Below, piece after piece: positions 49,509-62,700 of a stretch of 64,000 nucleotides of DNA. Position 1 is the first letter of the stretch; each line of letters opens with the position of its first letter. Location: the NCBI GenBank assembly GCA_013239625.1, contig MU054693.1:9432443-9496442 (forward strand), read 5' to 3'. Under the pieces are notes generated by a model. It was given only the letters and a program-made list of their open reading frames with translations, was not told the DNA's origin and made no database searches. This DNA comes from Lama guanicoe (lineage: Eukaryota). Made by a program: the position numbers and the translations under genes.

Positions 49509-50122
49509 TCATACAGGGGAAGATGGGGCACGAGAGGATGGTGAGTCCCAGGTCTCAGTCAAGTCCCTGGGCTGCGTCCCGCCAAGTGAGGGTCCTTGAC
49601 TTGTGCTAGAAAAAAATTCAAGCCATAGTTGAGTAAAGGTAGATTTATTCAAAGAGATAACACGCTCCATAGACAGAGTGCAGGCTGTCTCAAAAAGCAA
49701 GAGAAAGGCCTAGGAGGTACACATTCCATTGGCAGTGTGCAGGCCACCTTACTCAGAAGGGAGAGTGGCAGCCTCAGAGCGTGGGGTCGGCCAGGAAAAA
49801 AGAGATGGCCTGAGGTGTGGGGGCTGCTAGTTTTTATGGGCTCGGTAACTTCATAGGCTAACAAGTGGGAGGATTATTCCAATTACTTAGGGGAAGGGGC
49901 TGGGATTCCCAGACACTGGACCAACACCCACCCTTTGACCTTTTATGGTCAGCCTTGAAACTGTCCTGGCACCTGTGGGAGCACCATTTAGCAGCTATTG
50001 TATTACAATGGGCATGTATGGAGGCTCACGGTCTACTGGGAGTTGAATCTTCCACCATCTGGGTGCTAATGGCTGTGTCATTCTTTTAATGGTTGTGCCC
50101 TGCCCCCTTCCCTCCTGTCTCA
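49509..50122 (-). mobile_element. MER41-like ERV1 solo LTR (family B, copy 2), inserted in a MIR
   Basis: Reverse complement of 40952-41452; tgtctca end at 50122; 4-bp TSD CTGC (49505-49508/50123-50126); MIR resumes at 50123-50295. Confidence 0.88.
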
Positions 50123-52099
50123 CTGCCACCTCCTTGGGGTGACCTTGGGCAGGTTCCTAACTCTGAACCTCAGCTTTCTCACTAGCTTAGTGGGGATAAT
50201 GATGGTAACTTCCCAGGTTTGTTCTGGGGAGCACATGAGACCATGATGCTTAAAAGCTTCCTTTGACCTTGTTAGGTGCTCAGTAAGTATCACTTCTGTC
50301 TTCCTTTCCTTGGGAACAATCGCAAGGAAGAGGCTTTGCATTTTGGAATTTCACACCCTGCCCACTGTCCCCCGCCTTGACTGCTAATCGTGCAGTTTTT
50401 GGAAGGGCATGGCTTTGGGCTGGTTATTTTCTGAAGCTTTGTTTCTCCTCCTGTAAAACAAAGATAATTCTAGTTCTGATGGTGGGCAGGACTCTGTTGC
50501 GATATAATCAGTGCCCTGTGAGAACAAAACCAATTCAAACCATGTTGTGTTGGGGAAAAAAAAACAAAACATGTCTATAGCTCTTTCTAGCTTTTAAAGC
50601 ATTTTCATGAACTTCATCTGACTTGATCTAAGTATAGAGAGAGCCAGTTTCAAGGCTTCTGCTGATTATAAACCATTCTTATGCCTTCATTAAGGCAGGG
50701 CTTCCAGACATTTCTGCTTTTCTGTGCTGTATGAGTCCAACCCATGCTGGTGTGTATTTTGAAAAGTAATTTTTAACCTTTCTTTACATTGTTTTATTGC
50801 ACGAAATTTCACTAATTGGATATTCTTACACACACACACCCCCATATTGAGATTTTTTTTTTTTGACAAGTAAAAATTGGGAAAACCATGCTTATTTTTC
50901 ATGGAGCGTCCTTGGTGCTGGGAAGATTGCTAAGGAGGTCAGTAGCAATGGGAGTCCCAGTGACTCAGGTGCTTCTCCATTCTCAGGCCGATTGAGATTC
51001 CGTCGTCACAACTGCATCATTTAGACTGTCCTGGGTTCCCTGTATGAATGCAGCTGTCATCGGCCATCTACACTGTTATTAGTCATTCAGACCTTCTTTA
51101 TGCATAATCTCAAAGAAGGATGGGTTGCAATGAGGGATGTTGAGAGTGAGGGCAGAGACTTTTGGGGGCAGAGGAGGAAATGGTACCCAAAGTGGGAAAA
51201 TGACTTCAGAAGCTTAATGTTTTAGAAGCTTTATAGATGTTTGCCTGAATCATCCCTTTTATTCTTTAAAGCTTTATTTATTCAGTCCAGCGCCCTGGTA
51301 GCCTTTCTCTGAACAGTTGAAGTGGCCTCTGTACTGTGGCCTCTGCCTTCAGAATCAACCACGCTGGTACCAGCATGGTCTTTCTAGCCCCGATCACACT
51401 ATGAGAGATGAGAAGCATGTTTATCTACGTGTAGGCTGGAGTGATGTATGGTCTCAGGCTGCTTCCATCTCTGATAACTGGGTGTCTGGATTGCTGGCAT
51501 CTTCTGTGATGGGCACCATTCATCAGTGTGTCTCCTCACTGCAGGAGGAGGGAGCAGAGATTTGACCTGAGTCTCCTTGGGGTCCCAGACATATGCTACT
51601 GCCTTACCACCTCAATTTCCTGTGTTCCAGAAGATTCCTACCTGGGGTTCTCTGCAGCTTACCCAGTGTTCTCTGCCTCCTTCAGGGCCGCCAACCAAAG
51701 TATAGACCCGGCAATGTGGAGCGTGAATTTCCTGTGTCATTTGCCTCCATCATCTCCTGTGACTGCTGGGTTCATTGTGTGTGGGAGGGGTGAAGGCCTT
51801 TGTCTCTACCTGTTCAGTGCCATGTATTTTAGAGGGAAAAACAGGAACAAGTGGTTGATTAAACAAACATGTCACTAGCCATCAAGGTGACACGAGCAAA
51901 AATTTGGTCTTACTGGGACCTGTCAAAGGGCTCCCGGCTTCCAGTAACGATTCTCATCCTGGTTCTGTTGCTGAACACAGACAAGTCACTGCTTCTGGCT
52001 GGGCCTCAGTTTTCTTTCCTTCAAAATAGGGATGGGAGGATGGGCTAAGCTGATAAAATTTTAAATCTAAGCTCTGTGCTTTGCTGAATTCTGAGTCCA

Positions 52100-52269
52100 C
52101 AGATTTCATAGGTTGCTTTCCCCTCACATCTTAACATTTCTGAAATGGATTTGCATCTTACGTCAGTGGCATGTCACAGTTTAATTGGCAACCGTTGTTC
52201 TTTGTCAGTGCTGTGTAAGATGGTAGTGTGTCATGTAGTTGACGGCACCCGGCATCTAATGAATTACGT
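52100..52269. mobile_element. MER104-like Tc2/mariner MITE
   Basis: cacatcttaacatttctgaaat...gcatcttac...tggcatgtcacagtttaattggca matches the recalled consensus. Confidence 0.75.
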
Positions 52270-52343
52270 GATGTCCATTACTCCTTCTGTCCTCCTGTGA
52301 TCATGGGAGGAACCAGGCTTCACAGGGCAGACGATCTTCCTTC

Positions 52344-52795
52344 TGTATCATTTCTCAGATTAAACTGTTTGGTTGTAATGGCTAGGATTCCAAAGAACAG
52401 GGGCTTTACAGAATTAATTTCTTTCTTTCTTACTTAAAAAATTCCAGAGAAAGGCAAGCCAGGGTTGGCATGGCCACTTCAGGTCCTCAGGCACTTGGTC
52501 TCCTGTTATTATTTTGGCTTTCTCATCCCAATGACCAGCTTTTGTCCTCAAGGTCATCTCATGGCCCAAGATGGTGGGAGCATCACCTTTTCATGTCCAA
52601 GGATCAGGAGGAAAGAAGGGGGGAGGGGTACGAAGCATCCACCATCGTTGATTCAGGTCCCTCTAAAAGGTCTTCTTGGAATTGTCACGAATGTCTACTT
52701 ACTGCTATTCCAAAACTTGGTCACATGATCAACCCTTGATGACAGGAGAGAAAGGAAACGTGGCTATTGGGTAGCCAGCCAGCAGTCTCTGCTCA
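52344..52795 (-). mobile_element. Old MaLR LTR (MLT1J-like)
   Basis: tcctcaaggtcatctcatggcccaagatgg; aacttggtcacatg; gtagccagccagcagtctctgc. Confidence 0.65.
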
Positions 52796-52934
52796 TCAGT
52801 GACGTGTGAAGACTACGGATCTGAGGATGAGGAAGAAATTTGTCCAACGTCATCTTTCCTGGCTCGGCCTCGGGCTTCTCATATATGCAGTGTGGTTAAT
52901 GCTGTTTCCATCTGATGGAAATAATTTTCATGTA

Positions 52935-53020
52935 AAATATTATATATTGTATATATATACACACACATATACATTACATATATTATACATTGTGCGTATA
53001 TATAGCATATATGTGTCATA
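52935..53020. repeat. Degenerate (TA)/(CA) low-complexity tract
   Basis: Directly visible. Confidence 0.8.
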
Positions 53021-55039
53021 TAAATCAGGCATAGTAAAAAAACAGTTTCTTAAATAAAAGGGACTCTCTAAAATGAAGGAGTGTGGGTTTTATTTAATCA
53101 AGAAAACCTTTAAGAAGATAAAGATCATGACCAATAGTTTCTGCTTCTCATTCTGCTGATCTTCATTTCTGAAATTTACTCTTTTCCTCAAACATGAAAA
53201 GAGGCTTCCACGCCTCCTAAGCTGTGCCTTGGTGTCCAGTCTGGACCAGATTCACCCATTCTGGGTTTATAGACATCTATGCCTTTAAAAACAGAGCCGT
53301 CCTTGTTTCCACTCTGGTACGTAGATACTTCCAGGCCACCTCTTTTTACTCCAATTTCTGTGTCTCATTCTGCAGCTTAATGCCCTTTTGTTTCTTCTGC
53401 TGGTGATGACACCGAACACTCCATGGGCTCTGGTGGCTGGCGGGGGTGTGTGCGTATGGATGTGGAGGTAATTTTGATGTCAGGGGAGATGTTGCAAGAG
53501 TCAGGCTGCCTGGATTTAATCCCAGGGCTGCCTTCGATATCCATGTGACTTCAGAAAAACCACTCCTTTGGCTCAGCCGTCACCTTGCAGTTTCCTTGTC
53601 GGGAACATCGGGACCCTTGGGAATATTGAAGTCTACAGAGACGGGAGGATCAATGGATAACAGAGGTGAAAGGACCCAACCAACTCGCTGGCCCAGAGTA
53701 GGCGCTTCTGTCAGACTCTACAGTGGGAAATCGTGGGCTGGGAGAGCAGTGAGACCTTAAAGGTCAATCCCTCCCTCCTCACGCTGGATGAACAAAGGTC
53801 GTGGAGTGGAGAGTGGCTTGTCTGTGGTCACAAGACAGGTCTGAACATCAGAGCCATTAACCCAGTGTGCATCCTTTGACTCCCAGACGTTGCCCACATC
53901 CCAGCTCTGAACCCCATCAGGCATGTACATTTACATCTTTGAAGTTTGCATTAAAACATTAAATGCTTTCGCCAGGCAAGCGGGTGAGCTCCTTTTCAGC
54001 GTGTGGGCTGAGTCTGATGTGGGAGAAGTAAGTCCGGGGGTTGGTTTCCTTTGTCTGTCTTATAGCATTTGAAGCCGTCTTCAGTAGTGACAGAAGCCCT
54101 TGCAGAGGACCCATGACATCAGCCCGACCTCCTGGACCAGTGGGTCAGGGTGGGGTTGTCTCCTGACAAGTTTCAGAACAAGGCACATGTTCTCTGGACC
54201 TGGCTGTCCACAGGGTGCTAAAAGCTACCGCTGTCGAGAAGTGCCAGGCTGGAGGCTGATGACGGGGTGAGGCTGTGTGACAGCTGTGGCGCTCACGTGG
54301 GACCTGGGCTGGGAAATGCTGTGACAATAGTGAAATCCCCTGGCATGCTGTTGCAGTGAGATAGGCACATTCCTGCTGCATGTCTCACCAACGACCGTAA
54401 ACTGACAGAGAACACTGGCTGATAAGTGTCCAAGCCTGGGTGACGACCACTGTCGCTTTTCTGATCCTCCTTCAGGAAAGGACTCCTGGCTCAGCCACAG
54501 GGGCTGCGGTTAAGTGTCAGCATGCAGCTGCTAGATCCTCTGGGCTGACCTCAACCGTGTTCTTCTCAGCTGATGTGTTTTCTCCTTTTGTTGCTCACTT
54601 AACCCAATCGACATTTACTAATTCCCACTAGGCATTCATTAACTCCTACTAGGTGTGTGGCACTATAGAATAAATCAAAGGAGAGGCGATCAGGGGTCTG
54701 CTTATCTCAGGGGAACACGTGTGCGATCGAGCTGGGTGATAGGGAGACAGCCCTATCCTCAGGAAGCCTCAGGTGTGTAACGTGCAGAGACAGGTGCTGG
54801 GAACTCATGTCTGCTCACAGCTGTGATGCAAGGAGGAAGGGAGAGGAGCGGAGTCAGTGCCCTCTAAGAAGAGGACTGGGTTCGTGGAAGTATTGGCGTG
54901 AGCTTGGGACTTTTACGTAAGGACTGTGAGAAGTGGGCTTGAGGTGGCTGGCAATCAAGGACCAGCATTGAAATAGGAAAAAGCAAGGAGGCCGGGAACT
55001 GCGTCTGGTGCTTATTTAGCAAGTAGTGAAACTTCACTC

Positions 55040-55457
55040 TGTCCCTCTGCCTGGAGCTATGTCTCCAGCTCACCCTGCTCCGTCACCGTCTCTCTTCACC
55101 TCTAGTCGCGAAGGCTTTGCAGTTCCTTCACATACCAGGCTCACCTCCACTTGGGAATCCCATCCACGTTGATGCCTATGCCTGGAACCTTCTCTTCCCC
55201 CTCCACCTCTTAGTCTAGTGAACTGCCACTGGGTTGAAATGCCATTTCCTTGGGGAGGCCTTCCCCAACCTCTGGTGGGAGCTGTGACCCCCCCATCACA
55301 TGCCAGTAGCACTCGGCAGCCAACTGTGGTGACACCCATCATAGTTATTCCATCCCTGCTCTCCTCACTACACACCAAACTCTGCAAGGTCCCCCAGTGT
55401 TTCTCTGGTGCCCAGCACAGGCCCTGGAATACGGTGGTTATTTGCTGAATGAATGAA
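55040..55457 (+). mobile_element. L2 LINE 3' fragment
   Basis: aatgccatttccttggggaggccttccc...gtgcccagcacaggccctgg...atttgctgaatgaatgaa. Confidence 0.75.
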
Positions 55458-55594
55458 CAAGGATCCCATTGGACAGGCAGGTGGGTAGCAACTCTTGGAA
55501 GTTCTTAAAAGTTGAGTCAAAGAGTTTGGGTTTTACTGTTAAGCCAAATGGGGAACCTTGTACTTACGAACACTTAGTCCAGCAAACCTCCTTG

Positions 55595-56398
55595 GTAAGC
55601 ATATTCACGGTATTTCTTCTCTCCGTGGTACTCACTTCACTTAACGTAATGCCCTCAAGGGCCGTCCACGTCACACAGATGAATTCTTCATGGAGGATTT
55701 CTGTCTTTTCCTCCGGCTGAATAATATCCCATTGTATACATCTACAGGTACACGTCGTCTTTATCCATTCTTCTGTTGATGGTCACTTCTGTTGTTTCCT
55801 TATCTTGGTGGTTTTAATGTTGCCACATGAGCACAAGAGTGCGGATGTCTCTTCAGTTGAGTTGAGTGTTTTCATTCTCTTTGGATATTTACCTAGAAGT
55901 GAGGTTATTGGATCCTATGGTCTTTCCAGTTTTAATTTTTTGAGGAACCTCCATTTTGTTTTCCATAGTGACCACACCTATTTGCATTCCCACCGAGAAN
56001 NNNNNNNNNNNNNNNNNNNNNNNNNNNNNNNNNNNNNNNNNNNNNNNNNNNNNNNNNNNNNNNNNNNNNNNNNNNNNNNNNNNNNNNNNNNNNNNNNNNN
56101 NNNNNNNNNNNNNNNNNNNNNNNNNNNNNNNNNNNNNNNNNNNNNNNNNATGTACCTGTTGACCATTACTATGTCCCTTTTGGAAGAAGGTCCATTTCAG
56201 TTCCTCTACTCAATTTTAAATCCAATTTTTTGGGGTTCTTTTAGTTCTTTATGTATTTTGGGTGTTAATCCCTTATCAGACATATGATTTGCAGATTTTT
56301 CTCTCATTCTGTAGGTTGCCTTTTTGTTTTGTTGATGGTTACTTGCGCTGTGCAGAAACTTTTTAGCATGATATAGTCCCACTTACTAATTTCTGCTA
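55595..56398 (-). mobile_element. LINE-1 fragment (ORF2 3' region), spans gap 56000-56149
   Basis: ggctgaataatatcccattgtata, ttttttgaggaacctccat, cccttatcagacatatgatttgca, tgtgcagaaactttttag. Confidence 0.9.
56000..56149. other. Assembly gap (N run) inside L1
   Basis: N run. Confidence 1.
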
Positions 56399-56409
56399 TC
56401 ATAATGGAG

Positions 56410-57236
56410 AAAATAAAAAAAATACTGACAACACAAAATGCTGACAAGGTTGCAGAGAAACTGGCTCACTCAAATGTATGACACACACATGCAGCCGTAA
56501 GCATTTATTCCAGAGAAATGAAAACGTATGTTTACATATAGACCTACACACAGACATTCCTAGCAGCTTTATTCATAATCTGCCCCCAAACTGGGAACAG
56601 CCTAGATACCCTTCAACAGGTAAATGGTTGAATGAACTCAAGTTGTGGTACAAACGTACCATGGAATTTTACTCAATTTTCAGCAAGAAAGTTTTTCAGC
56701 AAGGGAAGGGAAAAAAACTACTCAGACACTCAACAACCTGGATGAATCGCCAGGGAATTATGCCGAGTGAAGAAAGCCAATTCAAAATTGTCACATACTG
56801 TATGATTCCATTTATATAACATTTCTGAAATCAGAAAATGTTACAAATTGAGAACAGATTAGTGGTTGCCTGCCAGGGGTTAGGGATACAGGGGACAGAG
56901 TGTAGTGGGTACGGTTGTGAAAGGGAGCGTCAGAGAGCCTTGAGGTTCTCGAAATGTTCAGTATCTTGACTGAGGTAGTGAATCCATGCACTTAGGCAAG
57001 TGATAAAATGAAAATTAATATAGAATTTAACACACACATACAAGTAGAATGGAGAAAATCTGAACGTGATCAGTGGATTACATCAATGTGCGTATCCTGG
57101 TTGTGATGTTAGACCAGAGTTTTACAGAATGTTACCATTGGGGGAAACTGGGCAAAGGGTAAAGGGATCTCTCTGTGTTATTTCTTACAACTGCCTGTGA
57201 ATCTGTGGTTGTCTAGATAAATAAGTTAATTTAAAA
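56410..57236 (+). mobile_element. Old L1MC-type LINE-1 3' end
   Basis: ccagagaaatgaaaac, tactgtatgattccatttatataac, gttaccattgggggaaactggg, tatttcttacaactgc. Confidence 0.88.
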
Positions 57237-57704
57237 CGTAGCATATCTGTTTTTTTGTTGTTTTCCTGACTGGACTCAGATGATACCCAGCCTCAGAGTA
57301 AAGCTAGCATCACGGAATTCAGGGCAAAAAGATGGGGAAAAAGATCAGGTCCATCATGACTTTTCTGAGCACCAGATCAGGCCAGTTCTGACATCCGTCT
57401 GCCTCCGTACTTGCCAGGCCCATAAGCCAGTGAATTTCCTTATTGTTAAGGAACTTGGACTATCAAGAGATTTTCCTTCCCTAATACTGGGAAAGTTCTC
57501 GCTCACGCCTCTGGGAAGTGAACCAAAGAGAAATGTTATGAAATTCACATGTGGGAGGCAGTGATGATGTAGCAGAAATACAGTACTCAGGAGATGCCTT
57601 GAGCTGAAAGCTCTTTCATAGCAGGTGACCTTGGTCAAGTGACTGATTTTTTTCCTCAAGAGTCTGCCTATATCTCTATAATTGTTTGGTAAGCCTCTAG
57701 TCAT

Positions 57705-58030
57705 GAAACAAATGTTTACTGGATGTCTTTTCTAGACTCTGGAACAGCAAGTTAAATGGATAAAGCCCTTGCCTCTTGGAGATTGTAGTCTCACACAGGG
57801 AGACAAACACCAAACGTAGTCAAATACATGTATTACACATTACAAGGGGATAGGTACTAAAGACAGAGACACATCAAGATTAGTAGCATTGTGGGGCTGG
57901 GTGGGAAGAGGGGTGGTTGGTGTTTCACCGTGTGGTCAGGGACGATGTGAATTACAGCGTGCCATTTGAACAGACAAGGAAGGAAGGAAGGGAGTGAGTG
58001 AGGATATCTGGATGAAGAGCATGCCAGGCA
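57705..58030 (-). mobile_element. L2 LINE fragment
   Basis: aaatgtttactgg...agcccttgcctcttggagattgtagtct; gaagagcatgccaggca. Confidence 0.6.
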
Positions 58031-59769
58031 AGAAGAGAAAAAGACTCATCCCCTTGGACACCTGCTTATAGAGCTGTTAAAGGTGGACCAGAGGATCTCT
58101 TAGGGAATCCTTAGTCTCTTTCTGTTCAGATGTTATCTTGACTGGGTGTAGAGTCAGAAACTAAAATTTTGATTTAAATGGTGACTTTTCCGTTGTCTGC
58201 GTTGGTTTCCTAGGAATGACCTATGTGTGACTTCATGGCTCAGGGAGGAGGAGAAAATGTGTGAAATTCTCTTATCAGGTTGATGGGCTCAGATGTCAGT
58301 TTCTCTTCTTTTTCCACGGCAAGAGAGTGGCAGGCAGGAAAAGAAATACGTGGGTGTTAGAGACTATGAGCTTAGAAGTGTCTGTGCTCGGTGTCTTCAT
58401 CTGTCAAAAAGTCATAATTGCAAGGTGAGCTCCACAGGGATGCAGATGTGTGAATAAGCGAGGAAATGGGGGAAAACGGCACTTTATAAACTTTATATTC
58501 ATTGGTGTCTTGAGTTTCAGATTAATGAGATGGTCCCCATGGCTTGGTGGTCTAAAAATTTTTTTTTTTTTGGAGGAAGGCATGAGCGTGAAATCCATGA
58601 ACCTTAACATCCAGAAGAAAATGTAGGCATACCCAATTCCAGGGGACGTCAAGGCCCTCTGAAACCCATCCTGTGAGGCTCAGGTTAAAGACCCCCATTA
58701 AGCCATTGGGGTGACATATCTTGCTTCTCAAATTATTATAATATAATATTAGTATTTATAATAATTACAATTAGTATTATGGTAGTAAAGTGGGAAATGG
58801 GTGTAAAAGGACTGTATGTGTTAAAAATGGTGTGTTGACCATTTATCAGATGCTCATGAGGGTGCATTTGTGTGTAGACGTGTGTGAGTTAACAGCAGTC
58901 ATCTGATTCTGTGCTTGCTGTGATGGTGAAGGGGATGATGTATTGCTTGTTTGTGAAAACATATGTGTGAGCACATTTGTGAGCCTTGGAGGGCATAACT
59001 TTTCATTCAAATGCATCTCTGTGTGTGTGCGCACATGTGCATGTGTGCGCGCAGGTGTGGGTGTGTTTTGTTAGAGCTTGTTGGCAGTGACGCCTTTTGG
59101 ATCAATGTACCCAAAGACGGATCTTGCATAGAGCAGGACCTGGCCCCAGGGGCTGACATCCTGCAAGGTTGTCTGAAAAAATCCTTTCGCTGGCAGGTAC
59201 TAGCAGGGTCTAAAACACACTGACCATGTCCAGAATCGTGTCTGCCTATTTTCTGCAAGTTTTAAAGAGAAGAAGAAAACGTAATCCCCTCTTTGGTCTT
59301 CAGTTGTTTTTATTTCTTTTGTTCCTTCTAGTGCTGGAGAGCCAGGAAGGAGAAAAAAAGTTTCCATCAAGAAATACATTCCTTCTGCATCTCTGTGATT
59401 TTTCAGTGGTCAGATTACAGAGCACGGTGACAGGAATTTGAATTTAGGAGTTAAAATATGTGAGTTCTAATCCTACTCCAACATTACTGGCTGGCACACA
59501 TTGGCTAAATCATTGAAGCTTCCCAAGCTTATCGCTAGAATGGGGGATGAAGTATTTTACCAGGTTTTGGCATTGTTGCGAGTATTATACAACATATGCA
59601 ATGGTTTGCATAGAATAAACCTATATTTATTTTATAAAAAAGAAACATTTTATGTTTAGCCAATGCAATTTAAAATACTTGAAAGAGTTAAATAATGCTT
59701 TTTTTTTTTAACCTGTGGTGGGCTCTTTAAATTAACTTTGAAAAAGAGCTGGGAAAATTCTCATTATGT

Positions 59770-60070
59770 ATTTATATAAAACAGGTATTTGCTCAGCGCC
59801 TCCTTTATGCAATGTGCTGTGTTAGGGGTTGGAAATACAGGGGAAAACAGATACAGTCACAGTCCCTATGTAAAGGCATTTACTGTCTACCCGGGAGAGA
59901 GACATTAAGTAGGCAGAAAAACAAATATATAATTAAAACGGTGGCAATTGCAAGAAAAGTAATAAAAACTTGTGCTGTGAGAGTGACGAATAGGAAGGCT
60001 CTAATTTTAGCCCAAGTCATCACGGAAGACTTCTCCGAGGCAGTGACTTTCAACTTAGAGCTGAAGGGAA
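59770..60070 (-). mobile_element. L2 LINE fragment
   Basis: tatttgctcagcgcctcc...gtgctgtgttaggggttggaaatac; gaagacttctccgaggcagtgac. Confidence 0.65.
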
Positions 60071-60294
60071 TTGATTGAATTTGTCTGGAGCTAAAGTATT
60101 CTCTAAAATCTGCCTCTTAAGATCTGCTTTTCCCCCCGTGATTCTGCAGAACAGACATGAAATTGAATTCCTAGTCTGTGCTGGAAAGTGAGTAAGGGAA
60201 AGAGGTGGAGGGGTAGCTGTAAGCAGAATATTAAGAGATAAATCTTATTTTTATATTGTAGTCTCTTTCCTTCACACTGTTGCTAATCCCCTGA

Positions 60295-60500
60295 CTTTTG
60301 ATTCATAAATAGATAGAATTTTCCCTCATGGTACAGCCTTGCCTAAAGACAATGAGCGGTTTCACAGCAAATGATTTATGGACTAAAATCTGGAGAGATT
60401 TTGCTCGTAAAAATACTCCAGCCGTTTATCTTGATCATCCGCTATATCAGAGCTTGGCTTGGGTGCTTCTGAATTAACTGCAGATTAAATGATTCAAGTC
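60295..60500. promoter_or_regulatory. Candidate HOX/PBX-type enhancer
   Basis: TGATTTATGG 60372-60381, CTCGTAAAA 60404-60412, CATAAA, ACAATG in non-repeat DNA; motif evidence only. Confidence 0.35.
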
Positions 60501-61649
60501 GGTTGGAAAAGTATGAAGGCAGGAGGTGGGGGGTGCACGTGGCAGGAGGCTGATCACCACTGTGATGGTGTCCTTATTAATTTAGAAGGCAAAGAGCTTC
60601 CGCTGCTCACTGCAGGAGTAAAAGCAGGAGAGGAGAAGTGAGTGCTGGGACCGTGGGGAGTTCCTGGGTGGGTGAGTGTTCAGACATTGAGCACTTGTGT
60701 GTTAAACAGATGCAGAGGTGAACATGTTAGATACGGGTGTTGTTTTCAGGGAAATTACAGTCTGGCGGGAGGAGATAATGAAACAGACAAGATATCTACT
60801 AATACATCTTGATCACCATGTCACTTCAATCTAGTGGGAAGTGAGCATGGACCAGACCATGCCGCAGCCTTCCAGACACCGTGGCTTCATTCCCTCCCCG
60901 GAGTAGTTCTCTCTCCTCCTATTTATTTGTTTATTCAATCATCTGCCTGCTATTTGACAAGTATATGCACTGAGCTTCTATTTGTGCAACCAGGGGGAGC
61001 CCCAGAGGATGCCTGAGATAGGACCCCCACCTTCAGAAGAGCTCAAGATCTCCTGGGAGTGAACTGCCATTCCTGTGATCCATTACAGCGCAAGGCAGAA
61101 TTGGGTAAGTGTGTCAAAAGAGCTGCACTGGAGAATTGGTGAGTGTTCACGGGGAACAGACATCTTCTTTAGCTTGGTGATTGACTCAATGAAGAAAGTG
61201 AAGAATTCAACCAATATACACTGAGTGCCTTACTCTGATACAGCTCGGTGCTGGATTCTGGAGTTACAGAGATGATCATCAGGCAGTGGTGTTGCCCAGT
61301 GGCAGGACCTAGTGGAGAAGGTAATAATTTCAGTACCAGGGGCGACATTCATCTACTTAACAGGGATCTCCCAGCGAGGTACTATACACCAGTCTTTGTG
61401 CCACTGTGTATGAATACAAGGTGAGCAGGACAGACGTTCCTTGCCTCCGTGGCATTTTCAGTCAGGCTTACAGATGTCTGGCAGATGTGTTCTGTTGTTT
61501 TACTGGTCATCACCAGTTTTAGTTATTGCCAGGTCAGGTAGGTGATGAAGGATCCAAGAAGCACTGACTTGTCTACTGGGGTCAAAGCGCTGGAGATCCT
61601 ATGAGAAAGGTTATAACTGGGGATGGTTCAACAAGTAGCCCAGTACATG

Positions 61650-61890
61650 AGGATTCTGATGTCTCTATGTTATTATCAACACTTGTTGGTGTGTGACTTT
61701 TTGATTCTAGCCATCTAAGTGGGTGTGAAATTATAATCTTATTGCAGTTTTGATTTGCGTTTTTCTTACAACCAGTTCTGTTGAATGTAATTTCATATGG
61801 TTATTAGTTATTTGTACATCTTTCTTAGGGGAATGTCTATTCAGATCATTTGCTTATTTTCAATTGGTTGTTTCTCATTTCATTATTGAA
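61650..61890 (-). mobile_element. Old L1M ORF2 fragment
   Basis: tctagccatctaagtgggtgtgaa...gttttgatttgcgttt...aatgtctattcagatcatttgc. Confidence 0.75.
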
Positions 61891-61924
61891 GACTACTTTT
61901 GTTTTAAATATTCTCCAGATAGTG

Positions 61925-62341
61925 TGGATTTCAGGTAAGGCTAGATCCAGTGACTCAGTGATACCACCAAAGACCCATTTTCTTTATATATCTTGTTTCT
62001 GCTGTCCATAGTATTGGCCTCATCTTAAGCTTGGCTCCTTCAGTGGTTGAAAAATGGCTTCTAACTGCTTCTAAGACTTCCTCTGTCATATCCAGTGGCA
62101 GAGAACGAGGGGTTCCTGGGCTTCCCTTTGGTTAGACTGATTTAGGTCACACGACCACCTCTGAGTTCATCGCAGTAGGATGGAATGGAAATTCTGAATA
62201 TTGAATTGGGCCATATAGGATGTTTCTGAAGCTCTGAGGTTGGGGTCAGTTCCTTTCCCCTTCCCTAAATGCACATGGCTATTACGCAATAGGGGAGGGT
62301 TGAGATGGGTGTTGGAAGGGCAGCCAACAAAATCCACTGTA
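61925..62341 (-). mobile_element. Old MaLR LTR (MLT1K/L-like)
   Basis: tcaggtaaggctagatccagtgactca; ttggcctcatcttaagc; taggtcacacgacc. Confidence 0.55.
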
Positions 62342-62479
62342 GCACTTTAGTAATTATAAGATTATGCAGCTGTTTGATTAATGTCCATGCTCCTCATTGG
62401 AGAATCAAGGCAGGGATCATATTTCTTTTGCTTAGTTGCATTTAGAACATGATCCTCATCCTCATCCTATTAATGGGCA

Positions 62480-62700
62480 GCAATGGGCTGGATACTGTGT
62501 TCTGTGCTTTATATGGATTAAAACACTATATGGTTGGTATTATTATTGTTATCGTTGTTGTTGTCATCATCCCTATTTTGCACATGAAAAAAAATTCAGT
62601 CTCAAACAGGAGAAGAGATTTGCTTAATATCTCATATCCAGTAAGTGGCGGAGCTGGGATATGAACCCAGGCGGTCTGAGCCCTGGATATTCCTGACCTC
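62480..62700 (-). mobile_element. MIR SINE
   Basis: atccctattttgcacatgaa...gtaagtggcggagctgggatatgaacccaggcggtctg. Confidence 0.75.

Noticed and set aside
55595-57236. Single L1 with a twin-priming 5' inversion
   Set aside because: The two opposed pieces cover overlapping ORF2-end coordinates and look like different subfamilies
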